A stretch of DNA of 64,000 nucleotides, taken from an uncultured Chloroflexia bacterium. Lineage in GTDB: Bacteria > Chloroflexota > UBA6077 > JACCZL01. The translations under genes were made by a program, and so were the position numbers. Below, piece by piece: positions 60,668 through 64,000 of this stretch; position 1 is the stretch's first letter; every line of letters begins with the position of its first letter. Where the stretch lies: positions 96,001 to 160,000 of the forward strand of contig CAVXYC010000010.1 of NCBI GenBank assembly GCA_963765765.1. The letters run 5' to 3'. The notes beneath the pieces are model-generated. The model saw only the letters and a program-made list of their open reading frames with translations. It did no database searches and had not been told where the DNA came from.

Positions 60668-60922
60668 TTACTGCTCTCGTCGAGGCAGCCGGTTCGCGGT
60701 CCGCCAGTTGAGCACGAAGCCAGCGGAACATCGCGGCCCCATCGCCGTCCGTATGTCCGGCAGCCCGATACTCCGCTCGAGGCGGTCAATGATGGGAGCC
60801 GCGGCCAATCGCAGCTCTGCGAAGGCCTCGTCCGACGGGCTCCGCTCAACGGTGTGAAGCGCCACCCGGAATCGCCCGAGCAGAGCGTCTCGGTCCTGAT
60901 CGTTCGTCCTATGAGGGCTCAT
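60668..60922 (-). CDS. Small hypothetical protein
   Basis: Helical protein-like ORF. Confidence 0.35.
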   Translation of the reverse strand: MSPHRTNDQDRDALLGRFRVALHTVERSPSDEAFAELRLAAAPIIDRLERSIGLPDIRTAMGPRCSAGFVLNWRTANRLPRREQ

Positions 60923-61123
60923 TGTTTCACACATCTGCAAGTAACTCCGGTAGCCTCTAACTCGTCCACATCCGCCACCCGACCCACACCGCAGGCTGCG
61001 CTGTTCCTCCAGTATTCTGCAAAAAGTGGCGGCTGAGATAGATGCACCGTGACATAAAAATGCACGCAGATAGGCACCAATTTCGTTGAGTAGAGGTCGA
61101 GGACACCATCCCGCCCCCACCGC

Positions 61124-61234
61124 GAGCGTCGAAAGAGCGCCACGCTCGTGACGAGCAACCGTGGCGCTCTTGGCTAAAGAGCGGTACCCCCGTCGTCCCC
61201 GAAGCCAGGGGTACCACTCTTTAGCCAGACGCTC
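61124..61234 (-). other. Three-way-junction stem-loop element
   Basis: Outer stem GAGCGTC/GACGCTC encloses a 12-bp and a 20-bp hairpin. Confidence 0.6.
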
Positions 61235-61442
61235 ATGGAGCATCCCCCGTTCCTATTCCAGGATCGCTTCAGCGCCAGCGTCCTGCGAACCAGTCACCAA
61301 CCTGAAGGGGCAGCCAGCCCACTACCCAGCCCTGCTGAGGGCCCATTCTCGTCCCGCTGTGACAAAGATGCACGGTCTGGTGGTGTATTTCGCGTAGCGG
61401 CGTGGGTGGTCCATTGCGTTCAATAGGGATAGTGAGGCAGCG

Positions 61443-61658
61443 ATGGACATCGAACAAAGACTCGGACGGCTGGAACGCGAGAACAAGCGGCTAAAGGTCT
61501 TTGGCATCCTGATGACGGCGAGGCCCCTGCGTGCCATGGTCATCATGTCTGACATTCGATGGGTGTGTGCGTCCCGATCCGCCGCAGACTTCATTCAGCG
61601 CGCGAACCAGCGTTTGACGCGTGTTCCCACGGCCCCAGCGTTCCTCGGCCTGCTGTGA
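61443..61658 (+). CDS. Small coiled-coil protein or remnant, copy 1
   Basis: GAGG RBS; 'MDIEQRLGRLERENKRLKV'. Confidence 0.45.
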   Translation: MDIEQRLGRLERENKRLKVFGILMTARPLRAMVIMSDIRWVCASRSAADFIQRANQRLTRVPTAPAFLGLL

Positions 61659-61731
61659 GCCTGGATTGCGTCTCCTGGCTCTCACGTCGCGTGTGCGCGT
61701 CCTGTCCGTCTAGCGCATAGCGGAGGCGGTT

Positions 61732-61830
61732 ATGGATCTGGAGCAGCGAGTGGCCCGGCTCGAGCGGGAGAATCGACGGTTGAAGGTTATTGACATCGTG
61801 ATGATGGCGACCGTGATACGGCCATCATGC
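61732..61830 (+). pseudogene. Coiled-coil N-terminal fragment, copy 2
   Basis: GGAGG RBS; 'MDLEQRVARLERENRRLKV', then runs into the antisense of the next gene. Confidence 0.45.
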
Positions 61831-61852
61831 CTGGCCCAGCCAGGCATCCGAT

Positions 61853-63106
61853 CTACTGGGGTTCGTCCTCGGCGACCAGGCGGTCAATGCGGTCGGTCAC
61901 GCTCTTCGGTGTCTTCATATACTGCTCGATCATCTCCTGGACCCGCTCGCCCGCGAGCGGGTCCAGCTCGATCCGGAGCTGCGCCGTTTCGGCGATGAAC
62001 TCGGGGTCCGCCATGGTGGCCATGAACGCCGCCCGCATCGTCGCCACGATGTTCGCCGGAGTGCCCGGCGGCAGGAAGTAGGGGCGCGCCCAGGCCAGGG
62101 GCGGCTCGTATGCGCTCAGGAGCTCCGCGGCCGCGGGCCCCTTGGTCGCGAAGAGCTCCTTCGCGGTCGGGGCCGCCCGGAAGAGCGGGTCGGTCCGCTT
62201 CTCGCCCATCTGCACGAGCGGGATCATGGTGCCGGCCTGGAACTGCGCCGTCATGATCTGCTTCGCGGTGTCCGAATCGGTGATGGTCGCGTCGATTTCC
62301 CCCCGCTCGATGCTCAGCACCATCTCCGGATTGCCGGCGAATCCGGCGATGGCCTTCAGTTTCCACCCCATGACCTCGCGCAAGATCGCGTTCATCTGAT
62401 GGGTGATGCTGCCCAAAGTTTGATGCCCCACCGAGATCTCGCGACGCTCCAGTTCCGCGAGGTTCGCGGGCGTGATCCCGGCGCGCGCGTGGATGCTGAG
62501 AAGCTGCGTGCTGGTGGTCGTGCTGCCGATCCAGTGAAACTTCGTGACGTCATACCGGACACCTTGTTCGGGCCCTTCGCCGAGCAGTTGATAGGTCGGG
62601 AGCGACCGGTCCACCAGGCCCAGGGTGAGGCCATCGTTCCGGGCCGTGTAGAGGAAGTTCGCGGCCACCCGGTGACCGGCGCCCGGCATGTTCTCCACGA
62701 TGATATTGGGATTCCCCGGGAGATGCTTGCCCAGGTGGCGCGCAACCACACGGGCCCAGGTGTCGTAGCCGCCGCCGGGGGCGGTCCCGGCCACGAGATT
62801 GATGGTCTTCCCTTGCCAGAGCGATGCCAGGCTCGGATCCACCGAGCCCGCCGGCTTCGCGGCCACGGCGCCGGCGGCGGGAGACGCGGCGGGTGAGGCC
62901 ACTGGGGGTGCCGCTGGCGACGCCGCCGGCTTGCTCGCCGCGCCCGCGGCCGGTGAGGCATCCGATTTGGCCGGTGCCGCGGGCGACGCCGCGGGCTTCG
63001 GGGTGCCGGTCGGTTGCGGCGCAGCAGGCGCGCAGCCGGAGACCACGACACTCACGGCCACCAGCATCGCCGCACCGGTCCACATCGTAGCGAGACTCTT
63101 CATCAC
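61853..63106 (-). CDS. Tripartite tricarboxylate transporter substrate-binding protein (TctC/Bug)
   Basis: Lipobox, Ala/Pro linker, 'PGGGYD.WAR', 'IIVENMPGAG', 'DGLTL', 'PPGTP'. Confidence 0.88.
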   Translation of the reverse strand: MMKSLATMWTGAAMLVAVSVVVSGCAPAAPQPTGTPKPAASPAAPAKSDASPAAGAASKPAASPAAPPVASPAASPAAGAVAAKPAGSVDPSLASLWQGKTINLVAGTAPGGGYDTWARVVARHLGKHLPGNPNIIVENMPGAGHRVAANFLYTARNDGLTLGLVDRSLPTYQLLGEGPEQGVRYDVTKFHWIGSTTTSTQLLSIHARAGITPANLAELERREISVGHQTLGSITHQMNAILREVMGWKLKAIAGFAGNPEMVLSIERGEIDATITDSDTAKQIMTAQFQAGTMIPLVQMGEKRTDPLFRAAPTAKELFATKGPAAAELLSAYEPPLAWARPYFLPPGTPANIVATMRAAFMATMADPEFIAETAQLRIELDPLAGERVQEMIEQYMKTPKSVTDRIDRLVAEDEPQ

Positions 63107-63304
63107 GGGTCGCTCCCTGGGTCGCGGAGGCCCCGCGTCCGCGCCCTCGGCTACGATAGACTCCGGTATCGGCGAAGGTCAACTGGAGCGAAGGCGCGAC
63201 CGGATCGCGCGGCCTTCACAACCTCTCGTTGACGATGCCGCCGGCCCGCGATACGGTGCAAGCACTCCGGCGGCCACCGGAATGAATCCATCCAGGAGGC
63301 ACCG

Positions 63305-63934
63305 ATGCAGGCGACAGACTTCCCGATCGTCCCCCGCACAACGGCGATGCTATTCTTCGACACGCTCAACGGGTCGCTCCACCCGAAGGATGCCGCCGCG
63401 CAGTCCGCCCTGAATGGGTATATTGCCCGCCTGGAGCAGGTGAACCGCGCCTGTCGCCAGGCCGGGATCACCATGGTCTATACCCGGCCGGAGCACCGGT
63501 CCGATCTCAGGGACTGGCCCCGAACGGTCGTCGACCTCGGCCACCACGGCCAACCGGGCAGCGGACCGCGTTTGAGCGCGGACCCCGGTTCGGTCGCCGG
63601 GAGCTGGGAAGCGCAGGTCATCGACGAGATCGCACCCCAGCCCGGCGACTACGTCATCGTCAAGCACCGCTGGAGCTCGTTCTTCCAGACACACCTGGAG
63701 CTGAGTCTCCGAACGGCCGGTATCGACACCGTCATGCTGGCCGGCGGCGCGACCGAGGTGGGCATCGCCAGCACGGCCTACGCGGCCCGGGACCACGACC
63801 TGAACCTGATGCTCCTGCGCGATGCCTGTCGATCGACCAAGGAGGGAGTGAACGAGTTCTTCATGGACCGCGTCTTCCCGATCTTCGCCCGAGTCCGGAC
63901 GGTCGACGAAGCGATCGCATTGCTCGACACATAG
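63305..63934 (+). CDS. Isochorismatase / cysteine hydrolase family (YecD-like; Gly at the nucleophile position)
   Basis: 'AMLFFD', 'KHRWSSF..T.LE..LR..GIDT', 'GGATEVGIASTA', 'DAC'. Confidence 0.88.
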   Translation: MQATDFPIVPRTTAMLFFDTLNGSLHPKDAAAQSALNGYIARLEQVNRACRQAGITMVYTRPEHRSDLRDWPRTVVDLGHHGQPGSGPRLSADPGSVAGSWEAQVIDEIAPQPGDYVIVKHRWSSFFQTHLELSLRTAGIDTVMLAGGATEVGIASTAYAARDHDLNLMLLRDACRSTKEGVNEFFMDRVFPIFARVRTVDEAIALLDT

Positions 63935-64000
63935 ATCGCACGGGTTGTGAAGATGAGCGGGGGAATTGGACCGAGGAGAAGTACTGCATCGAGCCGGGCA

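Noticed and set aside
63305-63934. Missing catalytic Cys in the isochorismatase-family gene as a novelty
   Set aside because: Gly at this position is already known in the YecD-like subfamily
1-64000. CRISPR array, tRNA, rRNA, reverse transcriptase/DGR, intact transposase
   Set aside because: No regularly spaced repeats, cloverleaf/T-loop, YxDD RT or DDE/HUH ORF recognised; the duplicated segments do not show adenine-specific differences

Overview
Bacterial, GC-rich window. The protein style (Ala/Pro-linker solute-binding proteins, a 'CxFVLGF...GDCLE...WRKADN' domain, a small SWIM-finger protein) points to Chloroflexota, by inference only. Bases 1-33 kb are core/metabolic DNA: SDR, M20 amidohydrolase, pyrG, a UGA-interrupted (probably selenocysteine) peroxiredoxin, manC, secDF, an Opp ABC transporter, def, a cobamide operon (cbiB-cobQ-cobS-cobS'-cobT-cbiA), a C39-like peptidase, an SGNH protein, a Dpp-type ABC / TIM-barrel / aldo-keto reductase catabolic cluster, and a stress/iron block (Hsp20, ABM, bfr, bfd). 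Bases 33-62 kb are a mosaic accessory region: a decayed Cre-like integrase, many small or broken genes, and several intact cargo genes each bracketed by diverged direct repeats. The best leads are (1) two paralogous promoter-driven structured sRNA candidates, (2) the TxxU selenoperoxiredoxin with a downstream hairpin, (3) tandem CobS paralogs with complementary motif loss, (4) a bacterioferritin whose two His ferroxidase ligands are replaced by carboxylates, and (5) the repeat-bracketed cargo architecture. Single-base frameshifts in otherwise intact genes suggest long-read assembly errors, so pseudogene calls are provisional. I found no rRNA, tRNA, CRISPR array or intact transposase.
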